Positions 39,861 through 50,279 of a stretch of DNA of 64,000 bases are shown piece after piece. A program made the position numbers and the translations under genes. The notes beneath the pieces were generated by a model, which was given only the letters and a program-made list of their open reading frames with translations, did no database searches and was not told where the DNA came from. Position 1 is the stretch's first letter; each line of letters opens with the position of its first letter. The DNA is from Gemmatimonadota bacterium. Its GTDB lineage: Bacteria > Latescibacterota > UBA2968 > UBA8231. The stretch lies in assembly GCA_038153405.1 (NCBI GenBank), contig JAYOYH010000009.1, positions 1,996-65,995 on the forward strand, given 5' to 3'.

Positions 39861-41769
39861 ATTGCCAGGTGTGCTGTGAGAGCTGCGCTATCAGATTGGG
39901 TAGCTGGCGTGGTGCGTATGCTGGGCGCTGCGTCTCGCGCAGGTCAAATCCAAAGGCGCGTTTGCTGAGCACGATAATAGGTGGAGCTTGAATGCGTTTG
40001 AAAAAGTTGATGCGCACTTGGCGCTCGACCCACTGCAGATCATCTAACCACGCGCGCGCGTCCGGGAAGTAGCGCTTGAACTGCGCGCGGTCGTCCCATC
40101 CTAACCGCGCGAAAAATACGCCGTCCAAGTACCACTGTATAAAGTCACATGCCGAATAGCGATATTCGATGATTTGGCGCAGCAGGGCATCGTGGTATCC
40201 ATACTTAATCGGATCGCCTAGGCCCTTGGTCACATCCTGTGCCGCAGAAAGCTCGGCGCTGGGGACGGTCTGTCCATTGATGATGTTGTCGGGCACAACT
40301 TCGCTTGCGTAAACGGATTCGTTTAGATAGCGCGCAAGAGCGAAGACCTGAACTTTGTAGAGGTCGGCGATGGGTGCGACCGCGCCGCTGACGTCTCCGT
40401 AGAGCGTAGCATAGCCCAGCGCCACTTCCGTCTTATTGCCGTTGTTGGTGAAGAGCATGCCGCACTTGGCCGCGAGGCCAGACAGGACATCGGCAAAGCG
40501 GATGCGCGCCTGGATATTTTCGTCTACCAAGCGCGTGTATTCGCCTGCGTGATGGGCGAATTCCGTGCCTTGGATAGTTGTGGATACGGCATCGTATAAT
40601 GGGCCGATGGGACAGCTCAGATAGTCGATGCCCAGCGCGGTGCAGACGTGGCGCGCATTGTCCTGCGTAATTTGCGAGTTGAAGCGCGTTGGCATATTGA
40701 CCGCGCATACGCGCTGTGCACCAAAGGTGCGCTCGAGCAGGCAAAGGATTACGCTGGAGTCGATGCCCCCGCTAGCGGCGACGAGGAACTTGTTTTCCGC
40801 GCCGCGAATGTGATCCAGATGGCGTAGACCGGTGCAGATTGCATGGAAGATAGCGTTTTCTTCGCTCTGCTGAGCGCGGGCAGCGACATGGTCCGTGCTA
40901 TAGGCGATATCTTCCGTCCAAGGGCGCGTGCGCTGAGTTGCCGTGCCATCGCTAGCGTACCCCGTGCTATCTCCGTCAAAAACCAAAATATTTTTGCCGT
41001 TGTTTTGCGCGCCGACTTGGTTGACGTAAAAAAAAGGCAGCGGCGAAGACGACAAAATTGCGCGCACTACGCGGTTGCGCTTGTCGTTTTTTTGCCATGT
41101 CCACGGCGAGGCTGACAGGTTAAAGACGGCCTGTGCGCCGCGCTCTTTATAGACTTTTAATGTGTCGAGGACTTCGCCGCTGCGACAGTAGTCTTGGCAC
41201 CACATATCCTCGCATAGCTGCACGCCAAAGTGGAACGTGCGCCCATCGCGCAGGGGCACTGAATAGGGGTAGATCCAATCAAAAGGTGAGCGCCCCTCGG
41301 CGTCGGCCAGCTGGCGCAGGGAAAAGAAATGGCGGTCGTCGTCAAAGAAGCGATAGTTGGGGTGTAGCGTTTTGGGGTGGATGCCGTGTGGTAGGCCGGC
41401 GGGGACATCTGCGCGTTGCACATACTCGCCGTCGTGGCACACGTAAACGGCATTGTACTTGCGTTGTCGGCCGTCCTGGCCGATGTGACGAGGGGCTGTG
41501 GCGACGTTGCCAAAGACGACGGTCAGGCCGCTGCTGGCGGCGCAAATATCATCGCTGTACGAGGCAAAATCATCGACATAGGCGTCCATTTCCCAGAGGT
41601 CGCCGAGGATGTAACCGCTTATACATAGCTCGGAAAAGACGGCAATTTCGCCCCCATCGGCGCGCACGCGTACCAGCTGTTCGATCATATGGGCGACGTT
41701 GAGGTCGGGGCGGCCCGGCTTCACGTCCATCTGCACTAGGGCGATTTTTGGCAGGTCGGTTTGCGACAT
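39859..41769 (-). CDS. nadE: Glutamine-dependent NAD+ synthetase
   Basis: Nitrilase triad (FSEL, PK..PNY, LCED) plus SGGIDS, ENIQARIR, GNKTE...GYATLYGD, PSAEL. Confidence 0.93.
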   Translation of the reverse strand: MSQTDLPKIALVQMDVKPGRPDLNVAHMIEQLVRVRADGGEIAVFSELCISGYILGDLWEMDAYVDDFASYSDDICAASSGLTVVFGNVATAPRHIGQDGRQRKYNAVYVCHDGEYVQRADVPAGLPHGIHPKTLHPNYRFFDDDRHFFSLRQLADAEGRSPFDWIYPYSVPLRDGRTFHFGVQLCEDMWCQDYCRSGEVLDTLKVYKERGAQAVFNLSASPWTWQKNDKRNRVVRAILSSSPLPFFYVNQVGAQNNGKNILVFDGDSTGYASDGTATQRTRPWTEDIAYSTDHVAARAQQSEENAIFHAICTGLRHLDHIRGAENKFLVAASGGIDSSVILCLLERTFGAQRVCAVNMPTRFNSQITQDNARHVCTALGIDYLSCPIGPLYDAVSTTIQGTEFAHHAGEYTRLVDENIQARIRFADVLSGLAAKCGMLFTNNGNKTEVALGYATLYGDVSGAVAPIADLYKVQVFALARYLNESVYASEVVPDNIINGQTVPSAELSAAQDVTKGLGDPIKYGYHDALLRQIIEYRYSACDFIQWYLDGVFFARLGWDDRAQFKRYFPDARAWLDDLQWVERQVRINFFKRIQAPPIIVLSKRAFGFDLRETQRPAYAPRQLPNLIAQLSQHTWQ

Positions 41770-41772
41770 AGT

Positions 41773-42906
41773 TCAGGACGTAACGGCGGTTCCCACGCGC
41801 GCCTGATGGATGCATTCGCCGAGCAGGCGCACGCCTTGGCCAATGGATTCCAACGAGGCAAAGCCAAAGGCCAGTCGTAGATAGGGAATATCCTGGTGGC
41901 GAATGTGGAAATTGCTGCCGCGGGCGTAGATAATGCCGCGCTCGTCGGCCAGTGCCTGCAGCTGGCCGACGTCGACGTCGTCGGGGAAGCGCACCCAAAT
42001 AAACATGCCACCGGCCGGTCGGCTCCAGGAGCAGATAGCGCCGACGCTCTCCTCGAGGCCGGCGAATACGGCATCGCGCTTAATGCGCAGCAGGTCGTTG
42101 CAGTAGGCGACGTGCTGCCAGAGTCGGTCGCGGAAAAAAGCCGCGCAAATGGCAGCCGTAAGCGCGCTGTGACCGCCATCAAAGCGTCGTTTCAGCAGGC
42201 GCTTGAGCATGGTTGGTCGCGCCAACACGTAGCCCTCGCGCACGCCGGGGCCGAGAATTTTCGATAGCGAGCAGATGTAGATAATGCGCTCGCTGTCGTC
42301 TAACGCGTAAAGAGAAGGTGGCACTTCGCCTTCAAAGTGCACGTCGCCGTAGCAGTTGTCCTCGACGACGATACATCCGTAGTGGGCGGCAATCTCGAGC
42401 AACTTTTTGCGCCGCTCTAGCGGCATGATGGAGCCGGTGGGATTCTGATAGGTCGTCAGCGTGTAGATAAAGGCCGGCGGCGTTTTCTTGGCGTGCAGAT
42501 CGGCCATCGTTTCTGCCAGCGCGTCCATGCACATGCCGTGCTCATCGACGGGCACGCCGACCAGGGTGGCGCCGAGGCCCGCATAGGCGCCAATGGTGCC
42601 TGAATAAGTAAGTTCTTCGCAGACGATGACATCGCCAGGGTGGCGCATGAGCGCTTCGGCGCACAGCGTCACCGCCTGCATTGACCCACTCATGAGGGCG
42701 ATGTGGTTGGGATCGACCGAAACGCCCTCGCGCTTGGCCTCGCGTGCGGCCATCAACTCGCGCAGGTCGAGGCGGCCGTAGTCACCGGGATAGCGCACGA
42801 GTTCGGAGCCCATATCGAGCACGGCCTGGCGCGCGGCTTCGGCGAAGGCCTCTGTAGGAAAGGAAAGCGGATCGGTGCGGCCGCTGCCAAAATCAAATGC
42901 AGACAT
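41773..42906 (-). CDS. PLP-dependent aminotransferase, class I/II (MocR/LysN-like, no HTH)
   Basis: YQNPTG, VEDNCY, SLSKILGPG.R.G, PAGGMFIW, LRLAF. Confidence 0.88.
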   Translation of the reverse strand: MSAFDFGSGRTDPLSFPTEAFAEAARQAVLDMGSELVRYPGDYGRLDLRELMAAREAKREGVSVDPNHIALMSGSMQAVTLCAEALMRHPGDVIVCEELTYSGTIGAYAGLGATLVGVPVDEHGMCMDALAETMADLHAKKTPPAFIYTLTTYQNPTGSIMPLERRKKLLEIAAHYGCIVVEDNCYGDVHFEGEVPPSLYALDDSERIIYICSLSKILGPGVREGYVLARPTMLKRLLKRRFDGGHSALTAAICAAFFRDRLWQHVAYCNDLLRIKRDAVFAGLEESVGAICSWSRPAGGMFIWVRFPDDVDVGQLQALADERGIIYARGSNFHIRHQDIPYLRLAFGFASLESIGQGVRLLGECIHQARVGTAVTS

Positions 42907-42969
42907 GGCGATTCTCCTCAGTTAGTCGGCGGGCTTGCGGGGACGGAAGTCGGTGCATACATGCGTGCT

Positions 42970-43740
42970 TTACGCGCGTTTCTTGAGGGGCAGCCAAGCC
43001 AGGACGTTGGCTATTTGCTCATCCCACTTGTCCCAAGTATGACCGCCCGGTCCCGTGCTATAGTCGATGTGGACACCGCGCTGCTTGGCTCGCTTGTAGA
43101 AGTTTTTGTTGTCTTGTATGAGGAAGTCCTCAGTGCCACACCACTGGTAGAGCATCGGCTGTCGCTTGCGCATGGCCAACTTGTCTATCAAGTGCATCAA
43201 ATCGTTATCGCTGCCGGGCATGGTTTCCAACGAGCCAAAGGTGTCCTCTAACTCTTTGCGCCATTCTGGCTCCATGCCGTCGGTGCTGTGCGCGCGGCTG
43301 GCCATATCCACGGCGCCCGAAAGACTCGCCGCTGCCGCAAAGCGTTCGGGATGGCTCAGCGCCATTTTAAACGCGCCGTAGCCGCCCATGGACAGGCCGG
43401 CGACAAAGGTGTCAGCGCGCCTGTCGGAGAGCGGAAAAAAGGCGTGCGCTAGACGCGGCAGCTCTTCGCTGACAAAATCCCAATAGCGCGCTCCGTGTGC
43501 CATATTGGTGTAGAAACTGCGGTTGACGGCGGGCATGACGACGGCTAAGCCAAGGGGATCGGCATAGCGCTCGATGGCGGTGCGCCGCTGCCAGATGGTA
43601 TAGTCGTCGCTCAGTCCGTGCAGCAGGTAGAGCACGGGCAGCTTTTTGCCCCCTTCGACGGCCTCCTGCGGTAGGATGACGTTGGCACCTGTCGATATGC
43701 CGAGGGCTTGCGAGAAGAAATTCCAGTGGATAAGGGCCAT
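42970..43740 (-). CDS. Alpha/beta-hydrolase esterase (tributyrin esterase/FrmB-like)
   Basis: VLYLLHGLSDD, AGLSMGGYGA, CGTEDFL, GGH.W..W. ATG at 43740. Confidence 0.88.
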   Translation of the reverse strand: MALIHWNFFSQALGISTGANVILPQEAVEGGKKLPVLYLLHGLSDDYTIWQRRTAIERYADPLGLAVVMPAVNRSFYTNMAHGARYWDFVSEELPRLAHAFFPLSDRRADTFVAGLSMGGYGAFKMALSHPERFAAAASLSGAVDMASRAHSTDGMEPEWRKELEDTFGSLETMPGSDNDLMHLIDKLAMRKRQPMLYQWCGTEDFLIQDNKNFYKRAKQRGVHIDYSTGPGGHTWDKWDEQIANVLAWLPLKKRA

Positions 43741-43816
43741 ACACACCTTTCTGCACTCGCGTGCATGAGTGCGGAAAATAGATCGCCGGGCGCATTCAAT
43801 GCGCCGCACGCCGTGC

Positions 43817-45142
43817 TTAGAGCTGCGCGCGCAGGTGCTCGACTATTTCGCTATCGGTCACCTCGGTGCTGCTTCCCTGTCGCAAGTCCTTGACCTGCCA
43901 CGCACCGTGCTGGAGTTCGTCAGGACCGCCGATGATGGCGTAGCGAAAGCCCTTGCGGTCGGCGTATTTGAGCTGTTTGCCCATGCCTTTGGCCTCGGAT
44001 GAGACCTCCGTGGCCAGGCCGGCGGCGCGCAGACGGCGCGACAGCGCGATGTATGCGCCTAGCGCATCGGGTGTAAACTGTACGATAAAAATCTGGGCAG
44101 GCGTGCTGGCGTCCGACAGCAGGTGCAGCTCTTCCATAGCGGCTAACAGGCGGTCGAGTCCAAGGGATGCACCGACGCCGGGCAGATGCTGTTTAGTATA
44201 GAGTTCGGCCAAGTTGTCATAGCGTCCGCCGCTGCAAATCGATCCGATGCCGGGCAGGTCGTCGAGCAGCGTTTCGTAGACGGTGCCCGTATAGTAATCG
44301 AGCCCGCGGGCAATGGAGACGTCTATGCACAGGCGGCCTTCGGGGATGCCCGCCGCCGAAAAGGCATCGACCAACTGTCTTAGGTCGGCCACGCCCTGCA
44401 TGGCCCGTTCGCTGGCAGCGAGCTGCTGGCCGAGCTGTTCGAGCCTCTCGCCGTTGCTGCCCTCGAGCTGCACGGCGTTTAGGATCTGCGCCGCCTGTTG
44501 GCTCGACAGCCCGACGGAAGCCATTTCTCCGGCGACCTTGTCCGCGCCGATTTTGGCGAGCTTGTCGAGGGCGCGCAGCACGGCGATCGCGTGCTCGCTC
44601 AAGCCTAGCGTCTCGAGTAGACCGCTGAGTATGTTGCGGTTGTTGACGTGGATTTGAAAGCGCTCAAAGCCCAGCGCCGTCAGCATATCGTGTATGACCA
44701 ACGCCGTTTCGATATCCGAGGTATTTGAATCGGTGCCGATCGTATCAAAGTCGCACTGGTAGAACTCGCGGTAGCGGCCCTGCTGCGTGTTTTCGCCGCG
44801 CCATACCGGTCCGACGTGGTAGCGCTTAAAGGGCAGGCCGAGCTGCTGGGCATGCTGGGCGGCAAAGCGCGCAAAAGGTACCGTCAGATCAAAGCGCAGC
44901 GCCACGTCGCGCCCGCCGTGGTCCGTAAAGCGATACATCTGCTTGTCGCTTTCCTCGCCTCCCTTGCCGATGAGAATTTCGCTGTACTCGAGCGCCGGCG
45001 TATCAATGGGGGCAAATCCGTACGAGCGAAAAACGGCTTTGGCCGCGTCAATCATCTGTTCGCGCGGCATGGCCAGAGCCGGTGGAAAGTCGCGGAACCC
45101 CTTTAGGGTGCGCGGTTGAATCAGGTTTTTTTTATCGGACAT
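43817..45142 (-). CDS. hisS: Histidyl-tRNA synthetase
   Basis: KGFRDF, LRFDLTVPFAR, GRYREFYQCDFD, RGLDYYTG, GGRYDNL, KQLKYAD. Confidence 0.97.
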   Translation of the reverse strand: MSDKKNLIQPRTLKGFRDFPPALAMPREQMIDAAKAVFRSYGFAPIDTPALEYSEILIGKGGEESDKQMYRFTDHGGRDVALRFDLTVPFARFAAQHAQQLGLPFKRYHVGPVWRGENTQQGRYREFYQCDFDTIGTDSNTSDIETALVIHDMLTALGFERFQIHVNNRNILSGLLETLGLSEHAIAVLRALDKLAKIGADKVAGEMASVGLSSQQAAQILNAVQLEGSNGERLEQLGQQLAASERAMQGVADLRQLVDAFSAAGIPEGRLCIDVSIARGLDYYTGTVYETLLDDLPGIGSICSGGRYDNLAELYTKQHLPGVGASLGLDRLLAAMEELHLLSDASTPAQIFIVQFTPDALGAYIALSRRLRAAGLATEVSSEAKGMGKQLKYADRKGFRYAIIGGPDELQHGAWQVKDLRQGSSTEVTDSEIVEHLRAQL

Positions 45143-45183
45143 AAAACGCAGCTCAGTTCGTTAATGTGCAGATGAATTGCTCG

Positions 45184-46320
45184 CTACCAATTCGTAAAGG
45201 AGCCGTCCTTGCGACGCAGCTGCGGTCCGTTCTGCCACTCGAAACCGTAGCTGGCACGGGCCACCTCCTCGTCGAACTCGAGGCCGAGACCGGGCGCCTG
45301 TGGTGGTAGGAGGTAGCCGGCCTCGTAGGGCACTTGTAGGGGAAAGAGGTCCTCCATTACCGGGTCGCCCACCAAGCCGGCTTCCTGGACGGCAAAGTTG
45401 TCGCAGGCCAGGTCCAGGTGCAGGCATGCGGCGGCTGAAACTGGGCCCAGCGGGTTGTGCGGAACGATTTTGATATAGTGTGTTTCACACCAGTTGGCGA
45501 CCTTGCGCGCTTCGGTTAGACCGCCGACGATGCACAAGTCGATGCGCGCGTAGTCGAGCAACTCCTCCTCGATCATCTGGCGGAATTCCCACTTGGTGGC
45601 ATAGTGTTCGCCGACGGCTAGCGGCGTGGCGACGTGCTGGCGAACTTGTCGATAGGTCTGCGGGTTTTCGCAGCGCAGCGGATCTTCGAGAAAGAACGGG
45701 TCGTAGGGCTCCAACTCTCGTCCGAGTCGGATGGCGTCGGGTGGATCGAGGCGCGTGTGGTAGTCGATGACGATCTCGACATCGGGTCCCACTTCTTCGC
45801 GCACGGCAGCGAAATGGGCAACGCTGTCGCGCACGGCCACTCGCGGTTCGAGAATGCCGTCGCGGTCCATGACGGAGAGGCGCAGATAGTGCCATCCCTC
45901 GTCGACGCGCTGGCGTGCGGAGCGGGCCGAGTCGGCCGGCGTGCGGCCACCGATGCCCTTATAGCAGACGACCTTATCGCGCATGCGGCCGCCCAGCAGC
46001 ATGTAGACGGGCTGGTTGAGTGCTTTGCCTTTGATGTCCCACAGCGCGATATCGATGGCCGATATCGCCGCGCTATTGATGCGTCCGCCGGGAAAGAAGT
46101 CGCCGCGAAACAGCAGCTGCCAGATCCACTCTATGTTGAGCGGATCAAGGCCGATGATATGGCGCTTCATGTGCTCAATTGCGCCGAGGCCGGCCTGTTC
46201 TCTCCAGGTGATGCCAAATTCACCAAGGCCGTAGATGCCTTCGTCCGTTTCTACTTTGACAAAGGTGTAGTTGCGATGACCGTGGTAGACGGGATAGGTC
46301 TTGACGTCGGTGATTTTCAT
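45184..46320 (-). CDS. Mandelate racemase/muconate lactonizing family enzyme (galactonate dehydratase-like)
   Basis: VKVETDEGIYGLGE, SAIDIALWDIKGK, DYH, FLEDP, GE, PHNP, PGLG. AGGAG SD before ATG 46320. Confidence 0.88.
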   Translation of the reverse strand: MKITDVKTYPVYHGHRNYTFVKVETDEGIYGLGEFGITWREQAGLGAIEHMKRHIIGLDPLNIEWIWQLLFRGDFFPGGRINSAAISAIDIALWDIKGKALNQPVYMLLGGRMRDKVVCYKGIGGRTPADSARSARQRVDEGWHYLRLSVMDRDGILEPRVAVRDSVAHFAAVREEVGPDVEIVIDYHTRLDPPDAIRLGRELEPYDPFFLEDPLRCENPQTYRQVRQHVATPLAVGEHYATKWEFRQMIEEELLDYARIDLCIVGGLTEARKVANWCETHYIKIVPHNPLGPVSAAACLHLDLACDNFAVQEAGLVGDPVMEDLFPLQVPYEAGYLLPPQAPGLGLEFDEEVARASYGFEWQNGPQLRRKDGSFTNW

Positions 46321-46369
46321 AGTGCGGCTCCTTCCTAGGAGGATAATATCAGGTCCAGCGCCCAAAAAT

Positions 46370-47215
46370 TCAAAAGCGGCGCGTCCACTCGCCGAGGGCA
46401 ACGGCGATCAGGCCGAGCACCATGCCGGCTTTGAGCAGGCGACCGAGGTGGCCGCAAGCACGTTGCGCCGAATCGCGCTGGAGGCGGTAGACGACGTAGA
46501 TGACGAGTAGATCTACGGCGGCGACGCACACCAGATAGGCGCTGCCGTAGATCTCGAGCACAAAGGGGAGCAGCGTAAGACCGATCAGCAAGGCATATAT
46601 GAAGGTGGCCGCGTGGACTGCCGCGCGCGTGCCCCAGCGCAGCGGCAGCGTGCGATCGCCGCGCTGGCGGTCGCCGGCCATGTCCTCGATGTCCTTGATG
46701 ATTTCGCGGCCCACGTGGAATAGCAGGGCGAATGCGGCGGGAATCCACGAGCGGCCGAGCGTGCCGCCGGCCATGGCACCGTAGGGGAAGGCGGAGGCGG
46801 ACAGCAGTCCGACCAGTGCATTGCCCCAAAGCACGCTGGTCTTTAGGTAGGCGCTGTAGAGGACGAGGAGGGCCGTGATCGCCGCTGCTAGTAGGGCGTG
46901 ATGCACACTGATAGATAGGGCAATGGCAATGCCCGCAGCAGCGGCAACGGCAGCATAGGCGCCCGCCGTGCGCGGCGCGATGCGCTGGGAGGGGAGCGGT
47001 CGCTCGGGCCTATTGATGCGATCGATATCGATGTCCAGCAGGTCGTTAAACGCATTGCCCGCCGCGTTAATCAGCGCGGCCGAAAGCGCGGTAGCTACCA
47101 GCCGTACGGGGGGAATCGAACCGTCTGTGCACAGGGCACCAGCGGCGACGGATAGGGCCGTAATCAGGCCGTTTAGCGGCCGCGAAAGATCGATCAGGGC
47201 GATGAGTGTATGCAC
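46370..47215 (-). CDS. UbiA-family prenyltransferase, DGGGP synthase-like
   Basis: RP.N, NAFND..DIDIDRINRPERPLPS, REIIKDIED..GD, multiple TMs. Confidence 0.8.
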   Translation of the reverse strand: MHTLIALIDLSRPLNGLITALSVAAGALCTDGSIPPVRLVATALSAALINAAGNAFNDLLDIDIDRINRPERPLPSQRIAPRTAGAYAAVAAAAGIAIALSISVHHALLAAAITALLVLYSAYLKTSVLWGNALVGLLSASAFPYGAMAGGTLGRSWIPAAFALLFHVGREIIKDIEDMAGDRQRGDRTLPLRWGTRAAVHAATFIYALLIGLTLLPFVLEIYGSAYLVCVAAVDLLVIYVVYRLQRDSAQRACGHLGRLLKAGMVLGLIAVALGEWTRRF

Positions 47216-47323
47216 GAAATGCCGCCGATAAAGTGCGAAAGTACGCGCCGATCACCGCGCGCGTTAAAAAAGGCGAAAAACAGACCTAAATGCTTGGAAT
47301 AAAAGTATTTTTTCAAATTTTTC

Positions 47324-47352
47324 TTGACAGTGTATTGAGTGCAGTTTATGTT
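47324..47352 (+). promoter_or_regulatory. Sigma70-like promoter for the HU/IHF gene
   Basis: TTGACA-17 bp-TATGTT preceded by an AT-rich UP-like tract. Confidence 0.6.
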
Positions 47353-47456
47353 CCCATAACATCATTATTCCCAATAAGTAAGGGATGATTTAACTCTCCC
47401 CAAGAGGCTTCTTTCTCCAAGCGCCTTGCGGCGGTCTACCAATCAGGAGATGCGTC

Positions 47457-47819
47457 TTGTCTACAGTGACAAAAAAGGAGCTGGCGCTCCTCGTGAGCGA
47501 AAGCGCGGGCTGCAAGAAGAACGTGGCCGCCGAAATGGTCGACAGCCTATTCAATGCCATGCGCGATAGCCTGATTGAGGGCAATCGCATAGAAATTCGC
47601 GGCTTTGGCGTTTTTCAAGTTAAGGACACCCGCCCCAAACCCGCCGCTCGCAATCCGCGCACGGGTGAGATCATCTATGTCCCAGCGCGCCGCAAGACCC
47701 ACTTCAAGCCTGGTCGCCTGCTAAAAGATGCGCTGCACGAGGTGCGCGAAGCGGACGCCGTGCCAACCGCCGCTGCTGCGTCGGCCCCGCTGGGCGAATC
47801 GGACTCCAATAGTCAATAA
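47457..47819 (+). CDS. HU/IHF-family DNA-binding protein
   Basis: TKKEL, IEIRGFGVF, ARNPRTGE.I.VP, FKPG. AGGAG SD before a TTG start. Confidence 0.93.
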   Translation: MSTVTKKELALLVSESAGCKKNVAAEMVDSLFNAMRDSLIEGNRIEIRGFGVFQVKDTRPKPAARNPRTGEIIYVPARRKTHFKPGRLLKDALHEVREADAVPTAAAASAPLGESDSNSQ

Positions 47820-47835
47820 AAGGTCATTGCGCGCT

Positions 47836-50229
47836 GTGAACAATTGTGCGAGAGGGGTGCTTTGCGCCTCTCTCTTTTTTTTCCTGTGCGGGCTAGGTGT
47901 TGTCGACGCCGAGCAATTGGTTGGTTTGCGGTGGGAAAACCCCGGCCAATTGCGCCAGTTGCAAGAGCGCGGGCTGCAGGTGCGCTATGTCGATCGCGGC
48001 ATCGTCCTCGTCGCTTGGGCGAACGACGCTGCGGTGGACGATCCCATATTTAAAGACGTGCGCTCGCCAGGCGAGCGCTACTACGTGGCCGACCACCTCG
48101 ACGCGCTACCGCTCGAAGGCGTGCGTGTAGTACACGAGCGAGGTGGCCTGCGAGGCTGGGCGCTGGTGCGGATGCAGCCGCAGCGCGCAGACCAGCTGCG
48201 CGTAGAAGGAGGCCATTTTCTCTGGCCGCTGCCCGAGCGCTACAATACGCGCACCTGGCTGCAGCCCAGACCGGGTGCAAAGGCCACGCAGGGCGAACCG
48301 GTCGCGGCCGTGCGGCAACTCCTCGATCGAATCGATGCCGAACGCCTGCGCCGCGACGTCGAGGCATTATCGCTGATCGATCCGCAGGCCGGCAGCGTGG
48401 AGGGCAATTTCCGCACTCGCTTTGTATTGCATCCAGATATGCTCGAAGCTACGCAGTATATCGGCGCTCAACTGGCCGATGCACTGGGCGAAGCGGCCGT
48501 CGAGATACAGCCCTTTCCCATCAGTCGCAGCACGGCGCGCTCGCGCGTGCGGGAGAATAAAGAAGGCATTGATCTGGTCGACAGCACGGCGTTTAACGTG
48601 GTAGCGACGTTGCCCGGTTCCGATCCGACCGCCGGTTACTACGTCATCTGTGCTCACTACGACGCCACGGCCGTGCGTTCGAGCGGCTGGGATTGGCGGC
48701 AGGACCCGGCGCCGGGAGCCGATGACAACGCCAGTGGCACGGCGCTGGTGCTGGAGAGCGCGCGCGTGCTGGCCGGTCAAACCTTCCCGTGGACCATCAA
48801 ATTCATCGCCTTTTCCGGCGAAGAGCTCGGGCTGTTGGGCAGCCGTGCGTATGCCGAAGCGGCCCTTCTCAACGACGAGCGCATTCTCGGCGTGCTCAAC
48901 TTTGATATGATCGGTTTTAACGATCTCGCCGAGCGCTTGGAACTGGTGAGCAACCCCGGTTCGCTGTGGCTGGTCGACGCCATGCGCCAAGTAAACGAGC
49001 GCTATGAAATTGGTCTGCAGGTAGATGTGCTTGAAGATGCGGGGGCGGGCCTGAGCGACCACGCGCCGTTCTGGGCGCGCGGCTACGACGCGGTGCTCGG
49101 CATTGAGAACTACCTGCCGACCGATACGACGACAGTTGGGGTTCGCCGCGGCCAATACCGAATAAACTCGCAGTACCACTCGACGATTGACCTACCGGAC
49201 AGTCTAAACTACGGCCTCATGCGGCGCGTAACCCAGCTGGCCGTGGGCACGCTGGCTGAGTACGGCGTTGGCCAGGGTTTGCCCAACTTAGCTGTGTTTA
49301 ACGGCGATTTGCGCGGCGATGACGAAGACCATCTGCGCGTGCGCGTCAGCAATATCGGCTTTGGGCCGCTGTCGGCCGACTTTGATCTGCGCGTGTCGCA
49401 GTGCCAACTCGATTCAAGCGGCTGTGAGCTGGTCCATGAAGCGAGCGTGGTGGGGGGACTGGTGCCGGGCGGCAACGCCGAAGTGCGTTTTGCATGGAGC
49501 CGCTTTGGCCAACAGCTCTTTCTCGTCGAAGTCGAAGCGGGCGAGTCGGAGGTGACGTTGCAGGACAATCGACTGTTTCAGCAGGTGAGCCTGATACCCC
49601 AACGAGATATCGTCGTATTTCCCAACCCCTTTCTGCCGCTGCAGCAGTCGGCGCTGCGCTTTAGCGGGGTGCCGTTCAACGCGGAGGTGCGCATCTATGC
49701 GCCGACGGGCGAGTTGGTATGGAGCGCGCGCGAAGACGATGGGCGCCAGCGGCGTTTAGGGGCACGCGCCAACGAAGTGCTCTGGCTCGGCGTCAACGGC
49801 AGCGGCAGCAGCGATCTCGGTGCGCCGCTGGTGGCCAGCGGCATCTACGTCTACGCTATCTACGGAGCCGATGGCGCGCTGCTGCGCAAAGACAAAGTCG
49901 CCGTCGTGCGCTCCCAACGAGATATCGTCGTATTTCCCAACCCCTTTCTGCCGCTGCAGCAGTCGGCGCTGCGCTTTAGCGGGGTGCCGTTCAACGCGGA
50001 GGTGCGCATCTATGCGCCGACGGGCGAGTTGGTATGGAGCGCGCGCGAAGACGATGGGCGCCAGCGGCGTTTAGGGGCACGCGCCAACGAAGTGCTCTGG
50101 CTCGGCGTCAACGGCAGCGGCAGCAGCGATCTCGGTGCGCCGCTGGTGGCCAGCGGCATCTACGTCTACGCTATCTACGGAGCCGATGGCGCGCTGCTGC
50201 GCAAAGACAAAGTCGCCGTCGTGCGCTAG
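47836..50229 (+). CDS. Secreted M28 metallopeptidase with CARDB-like domain and duplicated T9SS/FlgD-like C-terminal domain
   Basis: AHYD, GADDNASG, GEELGLLGS, NFDMIG, SDHAPF, YHS. Start uncertain (GTG 47836). Confidence 0.85.
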   Translation: MNNCARGVLCASLFFFLCGLGVVDAEQLVGLRWENPGQLRQLQERGLQVRYVDRGIVLVAWANDAAVDDPIFKDVRSPGERYYVADHLDALPLEGVRVVHERGGLRGWALVRMQPQRADQLRVEGGHFLWPLPERYNTRTWLQPRPGAKATQGEPVAAVRQLLDRIDAERLRRDVEALSLIDPQAGSVEGNFRTRFVLHPDMLEATQYIGAQLADALGEAAVEIQPFPISRSTARSRVRENKEGIDLVDSTAFNVVATLPGSDPTAGYYVICAHYDATAVRSSGWDWRQDPAPGADDNASGTALVLESARVLAGQTFPWTIKFIAFSGEELGLLGSRAYAEAALLNDERILGVLNFDMIGFNDLAERLELVSNPGSLWLVDAMRQVNERYEIGLQVDVLEDAGAGLSDHAPFWARGYDAVLGIENYLPTDTTTVGVRRGQYRINSQYHSTIDLPDSLNYGLMRRVTQLAVGTLAEYGVGQGLPNLAVFNGDLRGDDEDHLRVRVSNIGFGPLSADFDLRVSQCQLDSSGCELVHEASVVGGLVPGGNAEVRFAWSRFGQQLFLVEVEAGESEVTLQDNRLFQQVSLIPQRDIVVFPNPFLPLQQSALRFSGVPFNAEVRIYAPTGELVWSAREDDGRQRRLGARANEVLWLGVNGSGSSDLGAPLVASGIYVYAIYGADGALLRKDKVAVVRSQRDIVVFPNPFLPLQQSALRFSGVPFNAEVRIYAPTGELVWSAREDDGRQRRLGARANEVLWLGVNGSGSSDLGAPLVASGIYVYAIYGADGALLRKDKVAVVR
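49598..50227 (+). repeat. 315-bp tandem duplication (49598-49912, 49913-50227)
   Basis: Both copies read identical by eye and are in frame (105 aa). Confidence 0.95.
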
Positions 50230-50279
50230 CGCGATACAACACATTCCCATAAAAATAGAGTAGTGGCAGAGGGGGCGTT

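Noticed and set aside
47216..47456. tRNA or ncRNA in the AT-rich intergenic region
   Set aside because: No cloverleaf or T-loop consensus; explained by divergent promoters.
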